This document shows, in pieces, positions 44,580 to 53,775 of a stretch of DNA of 64,000 bases. A program made the translations under genes and the position numbers. Location: NCBI GenBank assembly GCA_036374435.1, contig DASUTU010000153.1, forward strand, positions 7,393 to 71,392, read 5' to 3'. The notes under the pieces were generated by a model, which worked only from the letters and a program-made list of their open reading frames with translations, did not search any database and had not been told where the DNA came from. Each line of letters begins with the position of its first letter. Positions within the stretch are counted from its first letter, which is position 1. The DNA comes from Actinomycetota bacterium (GTDB taxonomy: Bacteria; Actinomycetota; UBA4738; HRBIN12).

Positions 44580-45244
44580 TGGGCGGCGCGCGGATCCTGA
44601 TCGCGGAGGACGAGGCCGGCATCTCGTCGTTCCTGGACAAGGGGCTCCGGGCCAACGGGTTCACCCCGACCGTCGTTGCCGACGGGGCCTCGGCCCTGGC
44701 GCTGGCCCGGACGGATCAGTTCGACCTCTTCGTGCTCGACCTCGGGCTCCCTTCGCTGGATGGCTTGTCGGTGTTGGAGGAGCTCCGCCGTACGGGCAGC
44801 CGGCTGCCGGTGGTGGTCCTCACGGCGCGGTCCGAGCTCGAGGACACCGTGGCCGGGCTGGACCTGGGCGCCGACGACTACGTCACAAAACCCTTCCGCT
44901 TCGAGGAGCTGCTGGCTCGCATCCGCGCCCGGCTCCGTACGGGAGGGGAGAAGCAGGAGCTCGAGCTGCTCGCCGGGGACGTCGCGCTCGACCTGCGTCG
45001 CCGACGCGCCCGGGTCGGAGAGCGGGAGGTGGACCTGTCCGCCCGCGAGTTCGCGCTCGCCGAGACCTTCTTCCGCCACCTGGGCCAGGTGTTGTCGCGG
45101 GAGCAGCTCCTCAGCCTGGTCTGGGGGTACGACCGTGATCCCGGGTCGAACGTCGTGGACGTGTACGTGGGGTACCTGCGCCGCAAGCTGGGGGACGACC
45201 TGATCTCCACGGTGCGGGGGATGGGGTACCGGCTCGAGGCGTGA
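44579..45244 (+). CDS. OmpR/PhoB-family response regulator
   Basis: ARILIAEDE...[10 protein letters not shown]...LTAR receiver domain; winged-helix [23 protein letters not shown]...[15 protein letters not shown] overlaps the kinase stop. Confidence 0.9.
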   Translation: MGGARILIAEDEAGISSFLDKGLRANGFTPTVVADGASALALARTDQFDLFVLDLGLPSLDGLSVLEELRRTGSRLPVVVLTARSELEDTVAGLDLGADDYVTKPFRFEELLARIRARLRTGGEKQELELLAGDVALDLRRRRARVGEREVDLSAREFALAETFFRHLGQVLSREQLLSLVWGYDRDPGSNVVDVYVGYLRRKLGDDLISTVRGMGYRLEA

Positions 45245-45264
45245 CGTTCGGTACCCTGCCCTGG

Positions 45265-46605
45265 ATGAGCGACCGCCGCTACCTGCTGCGCACCTTCGGG
45301 TGCCAGATGAACGAGCACGACTCCGAACGCATCGCCGGGCTGCTCACGGCCGACGGGTACGTCCCGACGGAGCAGGCGGCCGAGGCGAACGTGGTCGTGT
45401 TCAACACGTGCGCCATCCGGGAGAACGCGGACAACCGTCTGTACGGGAACCTCGGCCACCTGCGGCCGCTCAAGGAGCGCAACCCCCGGATGCGGATCGT
45501 CGTGGCCGGCTGTCTGGCGCAGAAGGACGGCGGACGGATCCAGGAGCGGGCGCCGTGGGTGGACGTGGTGATCGGCACCCACGCCCTGCCCGGGCTCCTC
45601 GAGCTGCTGCACCGCGCCGACGTCGAGGGGCCGCAGATGGACGTCCGCGAGTTCACCGAGGTGTTCCCCAGCGCCCTCCCGGCTCGCCGCGAGCTCGCCC
45701 ACCACGCGTGGGTCTCGATCGCGGTCGGATGCGACAACGCCTGCACGTTCTGCATCGTGCCGCTGGTTCGAGGCCCGCAGCTGTCGCGCCCGATCGGCGA
45801 CGTGCTCGCCGAGGTCCAGGCCCTGGCGCGCCGGGGCGTCGTCGAGGTCACGCTCCTCGGACAGAACGTCAACACCTACGGCCGCGACCTGACGGTCCCC
45901 GGATCTTCGCGCCGTCCGCTGTTCGCAGATCTCCTTCGAGCCGTGAACGAGGTGGACGGGATTCGCCGCATCCGGTTCACCAGCCCGCACCCGCACGACT
46001 TCACGCCCGACGTGGTCGACGCCATGGCCGACAGCGACAAGGTGTGTGAACACCTCCACTTCCCGCTCCAGTCGGGCTCCGACCGGATCCTGAAGGCCAT
46101 GCGCCGCAGCTACCGGCGCGAGCGGTACCTCGAGTGGCTCGAGCGGATCCGCGCCGCGGTCTCGGACGTCGCGGTCAGCACCGACGTGATCGTCGGGTTC
46201 CCCGGCGAGACCGAAGGCGACTTCGAAGACACGCTCGACGTCGTACGCCGGGCGCGCTTCGACCAGGCGTACACGTTCCAGTATTCGACCCGGCCCGGCA
46301 CCGTCGCCGCGACGATGGACGAGCACGTGCCGAAGGAGACCGTGCAGGAGCGGTTCGACCGGCTGGTCGCGCTCCAGGAGTCGATCTCGCTCGAACGCAT
46401 GCGCGAGCAGATCGGGACGACCGTCGAGGTGCTCGTCGAGGGTCGTGGGCGCAAGGGCCGGGTCCAGGGGCGGACCCGTACGAACCGGGTGGTGCACCTG
46501 GACGGCCAGCACGAGCCCGGCGAGTTCGTCGTGGCGACGATCGTCGGCGCCCATCCCCACCACCTGGATGGTGAACGCGTGAAGGAGCGGGTTCCGGCGG
46601 CCTGA
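45265..46605 (+). CDS. miaB: tRNA-i6A37 methylthiotransferase MiaB (radical SAM)
   Basis: [19 protein letters not shown]; radical-SAM CxxxCxxC in [14 protein letters not shown]; TRAM domain at the C-terminus. Confidence 0.9.
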   Translation: MSDRRYLLRTFGCQMNEHDSERIAGLLTADGYVPTEQAAEANVVVFNTCAIRENADNRLYGNLGHLRPLKERNPRMRIVVAGCLAQKDGGRIQERAPWVDVVIGTHALPGLLELLHRADVEGPQMDVREFTEVFPSALPARRELAHHAWVSIAVGCDNACTFCIVPLVRGPQLSRPIGDVLAEVQALARRGVVEVTLLGQNVNTYGRDLTVPGSSRRPLFADLLRAVNEVDGIRRIRFTSPHPHDFTPDVVDAMADSDKVCEHLHFPLQSGSDRILKAMRRSYRRERYLEWLERIRAAVSDVAVSTDVIVGFPGETEGDFEDTLDVVRRARFDQAYTFQYSTRPGTVAATMDEHVPKETVQERFDRLVALQESISLERMREQIGTTVEVLVEGRGRKGRVQGRTRTNRVVHLDGQHEPGEFVVATIVGAHPHHLDGERVKERVPAA

Positions 46606-47537
46606 TGGGCGGCAACGGAGAGGCGGAGCGGCTGCTCGCGCTCGTCGGGCCGACCGCCTCGGGGAAGACCGACGCCGCGATCGCGCTGGCCGAACGCCTC
46701 GGAGCCGAGATCGTCTCGGTCGACTCGATGCTCGTCTACCGGGGGATGGACGTGGGCACGGCCAAACCCTCCCCGGAGCAGCGGCGTCGGGTGCCGCACC
46801 ACCTCGTGGACGTGGCCGAGCCCTCCGAGCCGTTCAGCGTGGCCCGCTATCAGGCCCTCGCGCGCGAGGCGATCGCCGGCATCCGTGAGCGGGGACGGCG
46901 TCCGCTGCTGGTCGGCGGGACGGCCCTGTACCTCCGGGCGGTGGCGGACGACCTGGATCTCCCGCCGACCGACCCCGGCATCCGAGCGGCGCTCGAGGAC
47001 GAAGCCGGGCGCCTCGGCGCGATCGAGCTCTACGAGCGGCTGGCCCGCAGCGACCCCGTCGCCGCGGCGAAGATCGAGCCGGCCAACGTCCGGCGGACGG
47101 TCCGCGCGCTCGAGGTGGCCCAGCTGACGGGCCGGCCGTTCTCCAGCTTCGCCTCCGCCTGGGAACGGTTCGAGCCCTCGCGCCTGCGGGCCGCCGGCGT
47201 CGAGCTTCCTCGGCCCCGGCTCGCCGGACGGATCCGGGACCGCGTGGCGCGGATGCTCGAGCTCGGCCTGCTCGAGGAGGTCGCGGGTCTGGTCGAGCGC
47301 GGACTTGGGGAGTGGCTCACCGCGTCCCAGGCCATCGGGTACGCTGAGTTCGCGCGGCACCTGGCCGGCGAGCTGACGCTGGAGGAGGCCGTGGCCGGCA
47401 CCGGGCGGCGGACGACGGCGCTGGCGCGCCGACAGATGGCCTTCTTCCGGCGCGATCCCCGGATCCGGTGGTTCGAGACGGAAGGGGGAGGCGCCGAGCG
47501 GGTCGTGGACGAGATCGCGGAGCACCTCGATGGCTGA
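46605..47537 (+). CDS. miaA: tRNA dimethylallyltransferase
   Basis: P-loop LVGPTASGKTDAAIALAERLGAEIVSVDSMLVYRGMDVGTAKP. Confidence 0.9.
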   Translation: MGGNGEAERLLALVGPTASGKTDAAIALAERLGAEIVSVDSMLVYRGMDVGTAKPSPEQRRRVPHHLVDVAEPSEPFSVARYQALAREAIAGIRERGRRPLLVGGTALYLRAVADDLDLPPTDPGIRAALEDEAGRLGAIELYERLARSDPVAAAKIEPANVRRTVRALEVAQLTGRPFSSFASAWERFEPSRLRAAGVELPRPRLAGRIRDRVARMLELGLLEEVAGLVERGLGEWLTASQAIGYAEFARHLAGELTLEEAVAGTGRRTTALARRQMAFFRRDPRIRWFETEGGGAERVVDEIAEHLDG

Positions 47538-48402
47538 ACGGACGATGTGGAAGTACCACGGGACGGGCAACGACTTCGTCCTGCTCGAAGACCTCGAGGA
47601 CGAACGGCCGCTCGACCCGGACCTGGTCGCCGCGCTGTGCGACCGCCACCTCGGCGTGGGCGGCGACGGGGTGATCCGAGTGGTCCGCGGCCGGGACGGC
47701 ACGGACTTCTTCATGGACTACCGCAACGCGGACGGGTCGCTCGCCGAGATGTGCGGCAACGGCATCCGATGTCTCGGCAAGCTCGTCTACGACCGCGGCC
47801 ACACGTCGGCGACCGAGCTGGACGTGGACACGCGCGACGGCGTGAAACATCTCTCGCTCGACGTGCGCGAGGGCGTCGTGCATACGGTCACCGTGGGGAT
47901 GGGACCGCCGGCGTTCGCGCGCGGAGAGATCCCGATGGCCGGCCCCGCCGGTCAGCCGTTCCTGACCGAACCCTTCGACGTGGACGGACGGACGTTCAAG
48001 GCGACGGCCGTGTCGATGGGCAACCCCCACTTGGTGCTGTTCGTCGAGCGCGACCCGGCCGAGGTCGACGTCCGCACGATCGGCCCGAGGATCGAACACG
48101 ACCCGCGCTTCCCACAGAAGACCAACGTGGAGTTCGTCGCGGTGGAGGACGGCGGCGTCCGTGCCCGGGTGTGGGAGCGTGGCTCCGGCGAGACCATGGC
48201 CTGCGGCACCGGCGCGTGCGCCGTCCTGGTGGCGGCCAACGAGGCGGGGCTCGTGCCCTCCCGGGCCGAGGTCCGCTTCCCCGGCGGGACGCTCGTGGTC
48301 GAGCGCGCCTCCGACGAGGTCTTGCTCACCGGGCCGGCCGAGCTCGTGTTCGAGGCCACGATCGACCAGGCCTGGCTGGCGGCGAGAGGGTTCGGCGCGT
48401 GA
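47530..48402 (+). CDS. dapF: diaminopimelate epimerase
   Basis: KYHGTGNDFVLLED, MCGNGIRCL (active-site Cys), MACGTGACAV (second Cys). Confidence 0.9.
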   Translation: MAERTMWKYHGTGNDFVLLEDLEDERPLDPDLVAALCDRHLGVGGDGVIRVVRGRDGTDFFMDYRNADGSLAEMCGNGIRCLGKLVYDRGHTSATELDVDTRDGVKHLSLDVREGVVHTVTVGMGPPAFARGEIPMAGPAGQPFLTEPFDVDGRTFKATAVSMGNPHLVLFVERDPAEVDVRTIGPRIEHDPRFPQKTNVEFVAVEDGGVRARVWERGSGETMACGTGACAVLVAANEAGLVPSRAEVRFPGGTLVVERASDEVLLTGPAELVFEATIDQAWLAARGFGA

Positions 48403-49553
48403 AGGTCGCGAAGCGGATCGAAACCCTGCCGCCCTACCTGTTCGCAGAGCTGGACCGCAAGCTCGCGGAAAAGCGAGCGCAGGGTGTCGACGTGATCTCG
48501 CTCGGCGTGGGCGACCCCGACCGGCCGACGCCGGCGCACGTGGTCGAGGCGATGCGCGAGGCCGTGGGCGACCCGGCCACGCATCGGTACCCGAGCTACT
48601 ACGGCTCGCCCGAGTTCCGAACGGCCGTGGCCGGGTGGTACCGGCGGCGACACGGCGTCGAGCTCGACCCCGACACGGAGGTGATGGCGCTGATCGGCTC
48701 GAAGGAGGGGATCGGGCACATCGCGTTCGCGGTCCTCGACCCCGGGGACGAGGCCCTGGTCCCCGACCCGGGGTATCCCGTCTACGGGATCTCGACGCGC
48801 CTGGCCGGCGCCACCGCGGCGTCGCTGCCGATGCCGGCCGAGCGCGACTTCCGTCCGGACCTGTCGGCGGCCCGCGCCACCGAACGCACCAAGGCGCTCT
48901 GGCTGAACTTCCCGTCGAACCCGACGGCGGCCGTGGCCGACGACCGGACGTTCGAGGAGGCGGTGGCGTTCTGCCGCGAGCACGACCTCGTGCTCCTGCA
49001 CGATGCCGCCTACGAGGAGATCACGTTCGACGGGTACGTGGCGCCGTCGGCGCTCGCCACGCCGGGGGCGAAAGAGGTGACGCTCGAGTTCGGCTCGGCC
49101 TCGAAGTCCTTCAACATGACCGGCTGGCGGATCGGCTGGGCGGCCGGCTCGGCCGAGGCCATCCGCGCGCTCGGCGTGGTGAAGACCAACCTCGACAGCG
49201 GGCAGTTCACCGCGGTGCAGCGAGCGGCGATCGCCGCCCTCGAGGGTCCGCAGGAGCACGTGGACGAGGTCCGCGCCGTGTACCAGCGGCGGCGCGACGT
49301 CGTCGTCGGGACGCTGAACGGCCTCGGCTGGTCGCTGAAGCCGCCGCTCGGATCCTGTTATGTCTGGGCGCCGGTGCCCGAGGGCGAGACCTCGGTGTCG
49401 TTCGCCGACCGGTTGCTCGACGAGGTGGGGGTGTTCGTCGCGCCGGGCAACGGCTACGGCGAACGCGGCGAGGGATACGTGCGGTTCTCGTTGACCGTGC
49501 CCGACGAGCGCCTGGCCGAGGCGATGGATCGCCTGGGGCGGGTGTTGGCCTGA
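48399..49553 (+). CDS. class-I PLP aminotransferase, most consistent with LL-diaminopimelate aminotransferase (DapL); DapC-like alternative not excluded
   Basis: GTG overlaps the dapF stop. RIETLPPYLFAELDRKLAEKRAQGVDVISLGVGDPD; PLP-Lys region FGSASKSFNMTGWRIG. Confidence 0.65.
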   Translation: MKVAKRIETLPPYLFAELDRKLAEKRAQGVDVISLGVGDPDRPTPAHVVEAMREAVGDPATHRYPSYYGSPEFRTAVAGWYRRRHGVELDPDTEVMALIGSKEGIGHIAFAVLDPGDEALVPDPGYPVYGISTRLAGATAASLPMPAERDFRPDLSAARATERTKALWLNFPSNPTAAVADDRTFEEAVAFCREHDLVLLHDAAYEEITFDGYVAPSALATPGAKEVTLEFGSASKSFNMTGWRIGWAAGSAEAIRALGVVKTNLDSGQFTAVQRAAIAALEGPQEHVDEVRAVYQRRRDVVVGTLNGLGWSLKPPLGSCYVWAPVPEGETSVSFADRLLDEVGVFVAPGNGYGERGEGYVRFSLTVPDERLAEAMDRLGRVLA

Positions 49554-50896
49554 TGTCGCAGAACGGCCGGAAACGGCCCCGCGGCGTGCACCAGACCTCG
49601 ACGCTGGAGTCGCCGCTCGCCGCGACGTGGCGCCCGCGCGTCACGGAGAAGGCGGTGCTCGTCGGGGTGGGACGCGGCCTGGACGAGACCGACCTGGACG
49701 AGCTCGCGGCGCTCGCCGACACGGCGGGGGCCGTGGCCGTGGCGCGCGTGATCCAGACGCGACAGGAGCCGGACCCCGCGACGTTCGTCGGCAGGGGCAA
49801 ACTCGAGGAGATCCACCGCGAGGTGCACCGCACCGGCGCCGACGCGGTCATCCTCGACCAGGAGCTCTCGCCGGGCCAGCTCCGCAACCTGGAGGAGAAG
49901 CTCAAGATCAAGGTGGTGGACCGGACCGCCCTGATCCTGGACATCTTCGCCCTGCACGCGCGCAGCCGGGAGGGCAAGGCCCAGGTCGAGCTGGCGCAGC
50001 TCAACTACCTGCTCCCGCGCCTGCGCGGCTGGGGCGAGGCCATGAGCCGGGTCGGCGGCGGCGTAGGCGCGCGGTTCGGCCCCGGCGAGACCAAGCTCGA
50101 GGTGGACCGCCAGCACATCCGCCGGCGCATCTCGAAGCTGCGCAAGGACCTGAAGGACCTGGCGCGGACCCGCGACGTCAAACGATCCGGGCGCGAGCGT
50201 TCCGGGGTCCCGCAGATCGCGATCGCCGGCTACACGAACGCCGGCAAGTCCACGCTGCTGAACGCGCTCACCGGCTCGGACGTGGTGGTGGCCAACCAGC
50301 TCTTCGCAACGCTCGACCCCACGGTGCGCCGGATCGAGCTTCCCACCGGGCGCGCGGCGACGATCTCCGACACGGTCGGGTTCGTCAGCAAGCTGCCACA
50401 CGACCTGGTTGAGGCGTTCCGCTCGACGTTGGAGGAGGTGGCCCGCGCCACGTTGATCCTGCACGTCGCCGACGGCTCCTCGCCCGAGCTCCCCGAGCAG
50501 GTCGAGGCCGTTCGAACCGTGTTGCACGAGATCGGCGCGTCGCGCATCCCCGAGGTCGTGGCCGTCAACAAGGTGGACCTGCTGGACGACGACGCCCGGG
50601 CCCGCGCGCTGGCGCGGCTGGGCGGCGAGGCCGTGGCCATCTCGGCCCGGACGGGAGCGGGGCTCGAGCGGCTCCTGCAGCGTCTGGAGGACGCGCTGCC
50701 CCGGTTCCCCCTGGACGTCACGTTGCTCGTCCCCTTCGGGCGCGAAGACGTCACGGCGCTGCTGCACCGCGAGGCCGAGGTGGTCTCGCAGCAGGTCCGC
50801 GAGGACGGCACGCTCGTCCGCGCCCGGGTGGGCGAGCGCGTGTTCGCCGCCGTGGGCGAGTTCCGCCTGGACGCCGCGCCCACCGGCCGCGGCTGA
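49553..50896 (+). CDS. hflX: GTPase HflX
   Basis: N-terminal HflX domain (AVLVGVG...LILDIFALHARSREGKAQVELAQL); G domain IAIAGYTNAGKSTLLNALTG, DTVGF, NKVD. Confidence 0.9.
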   Translation: MSQNGRKRPRGVHQTSTLESPLAATWRPRVTEKAVLVGVGRGLDETDLDELAALADTAGAVAVARVIQTRQEPDPATFVGRGKLEEIHREVHRTGADAVILDQELSPGQLRNLEEKLKIKVVDRTALILDIFALHARSREGKAQVELAQLNYLLPRLRGWGEAMSRVGGGVGARFGPGETKLEVDRQHIRRRISKLRKDLKDLARTRDVKRSGRERSGVPQIAIAGYTNAGKSTLLNALTGSDVVVANQLFATLDPTVRRIELPTGRAATISDTVGFVSKLPHDLVEAFRSTLEEVARATLILHVADGSSPELPEQVEAVRTVLHEIGASRIPEVVAVNKVDLLDDDARARALARLGGEAVAISARTGAGLERLLQRLEDALPRFPLDVTLLVPFGREDVTALLHREAEVVSQQVREDGTLVRARVGERVFAAVGEFRLDAAPTGRG

Positions 50897-50942
50897 CGCG
50901 TTCGCGGTGAGCCGGCGGCGGCCGCCGGCGGGCGGTCGACCG

Positions 50943-51938
50943 TCAGCGGGCGCCCGGAGAGCCGATCGCCCAGAGTCCCTCGTCCGCCCAGGGTCCCTCG
51001 ATCGCGACGTCCGGGTTGTGGCCGCGTTCGACGGCCAGCCGGAGCGCGAGGACCTGGAGGCGGACCACCAGCGGGATCTGCGCGAGGACCGGCGGAAGGT
51101 CGGCCGGCTCGGACAGCCGGGTCACCGGGACGCCGGCGCGTTCGGCGGCGGTGGCGACGCCGTCGACGAGGCCGTGGGTGTCGGGCGGCGACAGGGCCAC
51201 CACGTGATCCTCGGCCCCGAGCGGCACGGCGTGGCCGTGCAGCAGCGGCTCGACGTCGTATCCCTCGGCCGCGACCCGGGCGGCCTCGCGCACCTTGAGG
51301 GCTCCCTCGCGGGCCGTGACCGCAGCCGGCCCCTCGCCCGTCAGGACCAGCAATCGCCCGGGGGCGGGGATCGACTCGGTCCCCGGTGCGGCCAGCGCCG
51401 CCCGGACCGCCCCGGGGACCTTCGACAGCGCGCCGCCGTCCAGCGTCTCGGCGCCGAGCTCCACGGCCAGCCGCGCCAGCAGCAGCAGGACGGCCGTGTA
51501 GCTGACGGAGTAGGTGTGGGACGTCTCCTTGTCCACGGTCTGGAGCGCTCGCGGCATCGCGCCGCCGCGCCGGGTGATCGGCAGGACCCCGAGCCCCGCG
51601 TTGATCGCGATGGTCCAGGCCGCCCCGGCGTACGCGGTCTCCGTGCCGGCGTTGTGGCTGATGAGGATGAGGGTGTCTTTGTGGTCGATCGGGGGCGCCC
51701 AGTTCACGAACTGCATCGAGCTCATGGCGTGGGCGCCGCGCCCGGCGTCGTGGAGCATCATCGCGCCGAGCTCGGCCGCGTGCTGGCTCGTCCCCGTGCC
51801 GACCACCCAGATGCGGTGGGCCTGCCGGAGCCCCTCGACGGTGTCGTGGGGGAGCGGCTCGTCCAGCAGCCGGGTGAGCTCGGCCGGCTGGGACGCGATG
51901 TGGCCCTCGAGCGCGGGCGGCGCGACGTCGTCGGGCAT
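50943..51938 (-). CDS. SIS-domain sugar-phosphate isomerase-like protein (GlmS isomerase-half / AgaS-like)
   Basis: Tandem SIS domains (WVVGTGTSQHAAELGAMML...LILISHNAGTE...LLVLTGEGPAAVTAREGALKVREAA). Starts 33 bp downstream of the lexA stop on the same strand. Upstream part of the ORF-track entry is overprint. Confidence 0.7.
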   Translation of the reverse strand: MPDDVAPPALEGHIASQPAELTRLLDEPLPHDTVEGLRQAHRIWVVGTGTSQHAAELGAMMLHDAGRGAHAMSSMQFVNWAPPIDHKDTLILISHNAGTETAYAGAAWTIAINAGLGVLPITRRGGAMPRALQTVDKETSHTYSVSYTAVLLLLARLAVELGAETLDGGALSKVPGAVRAALAAPGTESIPAPGRLLVLTGEGPAAVTAREGALKVREAARVAAEGYDVEPLLHGHAVPLGAEDHVVALSPPDTHGLVDGVATAAERAGVPVTRLSEPADLPPVLAQIPLVVRLQVLALRLAVERGHNPDVAIEGPWADEGLWAIGSPGAR

Positions 51939-51970
51939 GGAACCTCCAGGATCGGCGGGTGCGGCGGAGC

Positions 51971-52615
51971 CTAGAGCTTCCGCAGCACGGCCACCACCGT
52001 GCCCAGGATCCGGCCCTGCGGGTCCAGGTCGAACGGTTCGAGCGCCGGGTTCTCCGGAACGAGCGTCACCCGTCCCTTCGTCCGCTTGAGGCGCTTGACC
52101 GTGGCCTCGTCTTCGGCCGGGCCGGGAACCAACGCGACCACGATCCGTCCGTCCTCGGCGGCCGCACCGGCGCGGACCACGACCACGTCCCCGTCGAGGA
52201 TGCCGGCCCCGACCATCGAGTCCCCGCGGACCCGGAGCGCGAAGTGGTCCGCGCCGCTCACGAACCCCATGGGGACGGTGAGGTAGTCCTCGACGTGCTC
52301 GGCGGCCAGGATCGGGGCGCCGGCCGCGATCCGCCCGAGCACCGGGACGACCGCTCCCTCGACGCGTGGCTCGGCCAGGGTCATGGCGCGGGGTTTCGTG
52401 GGGTCTTTGTGGAGGAGCCCCCGCCGTTCGAGGTTCGCCAGCTGCGCGTGGACGCTCGAGGACGAGGTCAACCCGACGGCCTCGCCGATCTCGCGCACGG
52501 TCGGCGGGTACCCGCGTTCGCGAACGGCCTGGGAGATGAACCGCAGGATGCGCTCCTGCCGGGCGGTGAGCGGTGCCGCCGGTCCTGCCTGCGTGGTGGC
52601 CTCGTTGGTCGCCAT
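51971..52615 (-). CDS. lexA: SOS repressor LexA
   Basis: SD GGAGGGGG before ATG. LTARQERILRFISQAVRERGYPPTVREIGEAVGLTSSSSVHAQL HTH. Ala-Gly cleavage site and S24 peptidase (RVRGDSMVGAGILDGD...TVKRL). Confidence 0.9.
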   Translation of the reverse strand: MATNEATTQAGPAAPLTARQERILRFISQAVRERGYPPTVREIGEAVGLTSSSSVHAQLANLERRGLLHKDPTKPRAMTLAEPRVEGAVVPVLGRIAAGAPILAAEHVEDYLTVPMGFVSGADHFALRVRGDSMVGAGILDGDVVVVRAGAAAEDGRIVVALVPGPAEDEATVKRLKRTKGRVTLVPENPALEPFDLDPQGRILGTVVAVLRKL

Positions 52616-52667
52616 GTCGGTGCCCCCTCCTAGGCTTCGCGAAGGTACCACGGCGAGGAGGAGGATT

Positions 52668-52746
52668 CAAACATATGTTCGGTAGGGGCTTTGACGCCGA
52701 ACGTGCGTTCGATAAGATACCTGGCGTGAGCCGAACACGCGTTCGA
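52668..52746 (+). promoter_or_regulatory. three LexA/Cheo-type SOS boxes in the lexA / LysM-gene divergent region
   Basis: tcAAACATATGTTCgg (52668-52683, one mismatch), cCGAACGTGCGTTCGA (52697-52712) and cCGAACACGCGTTCGA (52731-52746). All fit GAAC-N4-GTTC, and the last two fit the extended TCGAAC-N4-GTTCGA form. Confidence 0.7.
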
Positions 52747-52767
52747 GGCCGCCGCCTGGCCGTCACG

Positions 52768-53022
52768 ATGGGCCTGGCGCTGATGGCGGCCGCCTGGGCG
52801 GGGCCGGCCGCGGCGGCCCTGGGCGGCGGGGACCGGGCCGAACCCGTCTCGCGCGCCACCCACCTGGTCCGGTCCGGCGACACGTTGTGGTCGATCGCCC
52901 GAGGCATCGCCCCGGGATCGGACCCTCGGCCGCTGGTCGACGCGCTCGTCGCGGCGAACGGCGACCTCGACCCGGGCGCCCTGGTGCCCGGCCAGGTCCT
53001 GGTGATCCCGGCCGCGCCCTGA
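52768..53022 (+). CDS. small LysM-domain membrane/secreted protein, probably SOS-regulated (divergent from lexA)
   Basis: MGLALMAAAWAGPAAAA signal/TM, then LysM (HLVRSGDTLWSIARGIAP...LVPGQVLVIP). Alternative starts are GTG 52726 or ATG 52675. It sits directly downstream of two SOS boxes. Confidence 0.6.
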   Translation: MGLALMAAAWAGPAAAALGGGDRAEPVSRATHLVRSGDTLWSIARGIAPGSDPRPLVDALVAANGDLDPGALVPGQVLVIPAAP

Positions 53023-53034
53023 CGACGTCCGGGG

Positions 53035-53661
53035 CTATCGCGGCAAGGCCATCGGTGCCGGCACCCCAACCAATGCCCGCCGCACCACCACCTCGTCCAC
53101 GATCCCGTAGTCCCTGGCCTGCTCGGGCCCGAGGATGAAGTCGCGCTCGGTGTCGGTGTGGATCTCATCGACCGAGCGACCGGTGTGTTCGGCCAGGATC
53201 TCCTCCACCCGCCGGCGCTGACGAAGGATCTCGCGGGCGTGGATCTCCAGGTCGGCCGACTGGCCCTCGATGCCGCCGTGGGGCTGGTGGAGAAGGATCC
53301 TCGAGTTCGGCAGGGCGAACCGTTTGCCGCGGGTCCCGGTGGCGAGGATCATCGCGGCCGCGGACGCCGCCTGGCCCAGGCAATACGTCGCCACGTCGGA
53401 CCTCAGGAACTGCATCGTGTCGTAGATCGCGAACAGCGCCGTCGAGGCGCCGCCGGGGCTGTTGACGTACAACGCGATGTCTTTGCCGGGCTCGACCGAG
53501 TCCAAGAACAGGAGCTGGGCGACCACCGTGTTCGCGACGGCGTCGTCGATCGGCTCGCCCAGGAACACGATCCGCTCCCGGAGCAGCCGCGAGTAGATGT
53601 CGAACGCGCGCTCGCCCCGCGCATTCTCCTCGATGACCGTGGGGACCAGCGTGCCGGGCAT
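53035..53661 (-). CDS. clpP: ATP-dependent Clp protease proteolytic subunit (solitary copy, not next to tig or clpX)
   Basis: SD AAGGAGG before [38 protein letters not shown]; catalytic Ser in [10 protein letters not shown]; His in LLHQPHGG; Asp later. Confidence 0.9.
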   Translation of the reverse strand: MPGTLVPTVIEENARGERAFDIYSRLLRERIVFLGEPIDDAVANTVVAQLLFLDSVEPGKDIALYVNSPGGASTALFAIYDTMQFLRSDVATYCLGQAASAAAMILATGTRGKRFALPNSRILLHQPHGGIEGQSADLEIHAREILRQRRRVEEILAEHTGRSVDEIHTDTERDFILGPEQARDYGIVDEVVVRRALVGVPAPMALPR

Positions 53662-53693
53662 GGCGCCTCCTTGCGGCTGGGGCCCGGTACGAT

Positions 53694-53755
53694 GCAACCG
53701 TGCGGTTGCGGATCAGCCTACGACGCACGAGCCCGAAAGGCAACCGAACGGTTGC
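53694..53755. promoter_or_regulatory. two perfect 16-bp palindromes GCAACCG-NN-CGGTTGC, 46 bp apart, between clpP and the SRPBCC-ArsR operon
   Basis: GCAACCGTGCGGTTGC (53694-53709) and GCAACCGAACGGTTGC (53740-53755) are identical apart from the central dinucleotide. The first sits 33-48 bp upstream of the clpP ATG, the second about 25 bp upstream of the SRPBCC start. Confidence 0.55.
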
Positions 53756-53775
53756 GTGATCTGGTCGAGCGCTCG

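Noticed and set aside
53694-53755. The twin palindromes as ClgR operators (usual regulator of actinobacterial clp genes)
   Set aside because: The sequence GCAACCGNNCGGTTGC lacks the CGC-N5-GCG core of described ClgR sites. The adjacent ArsR-family regulator is the more economical explanation. I still report it as a finding.
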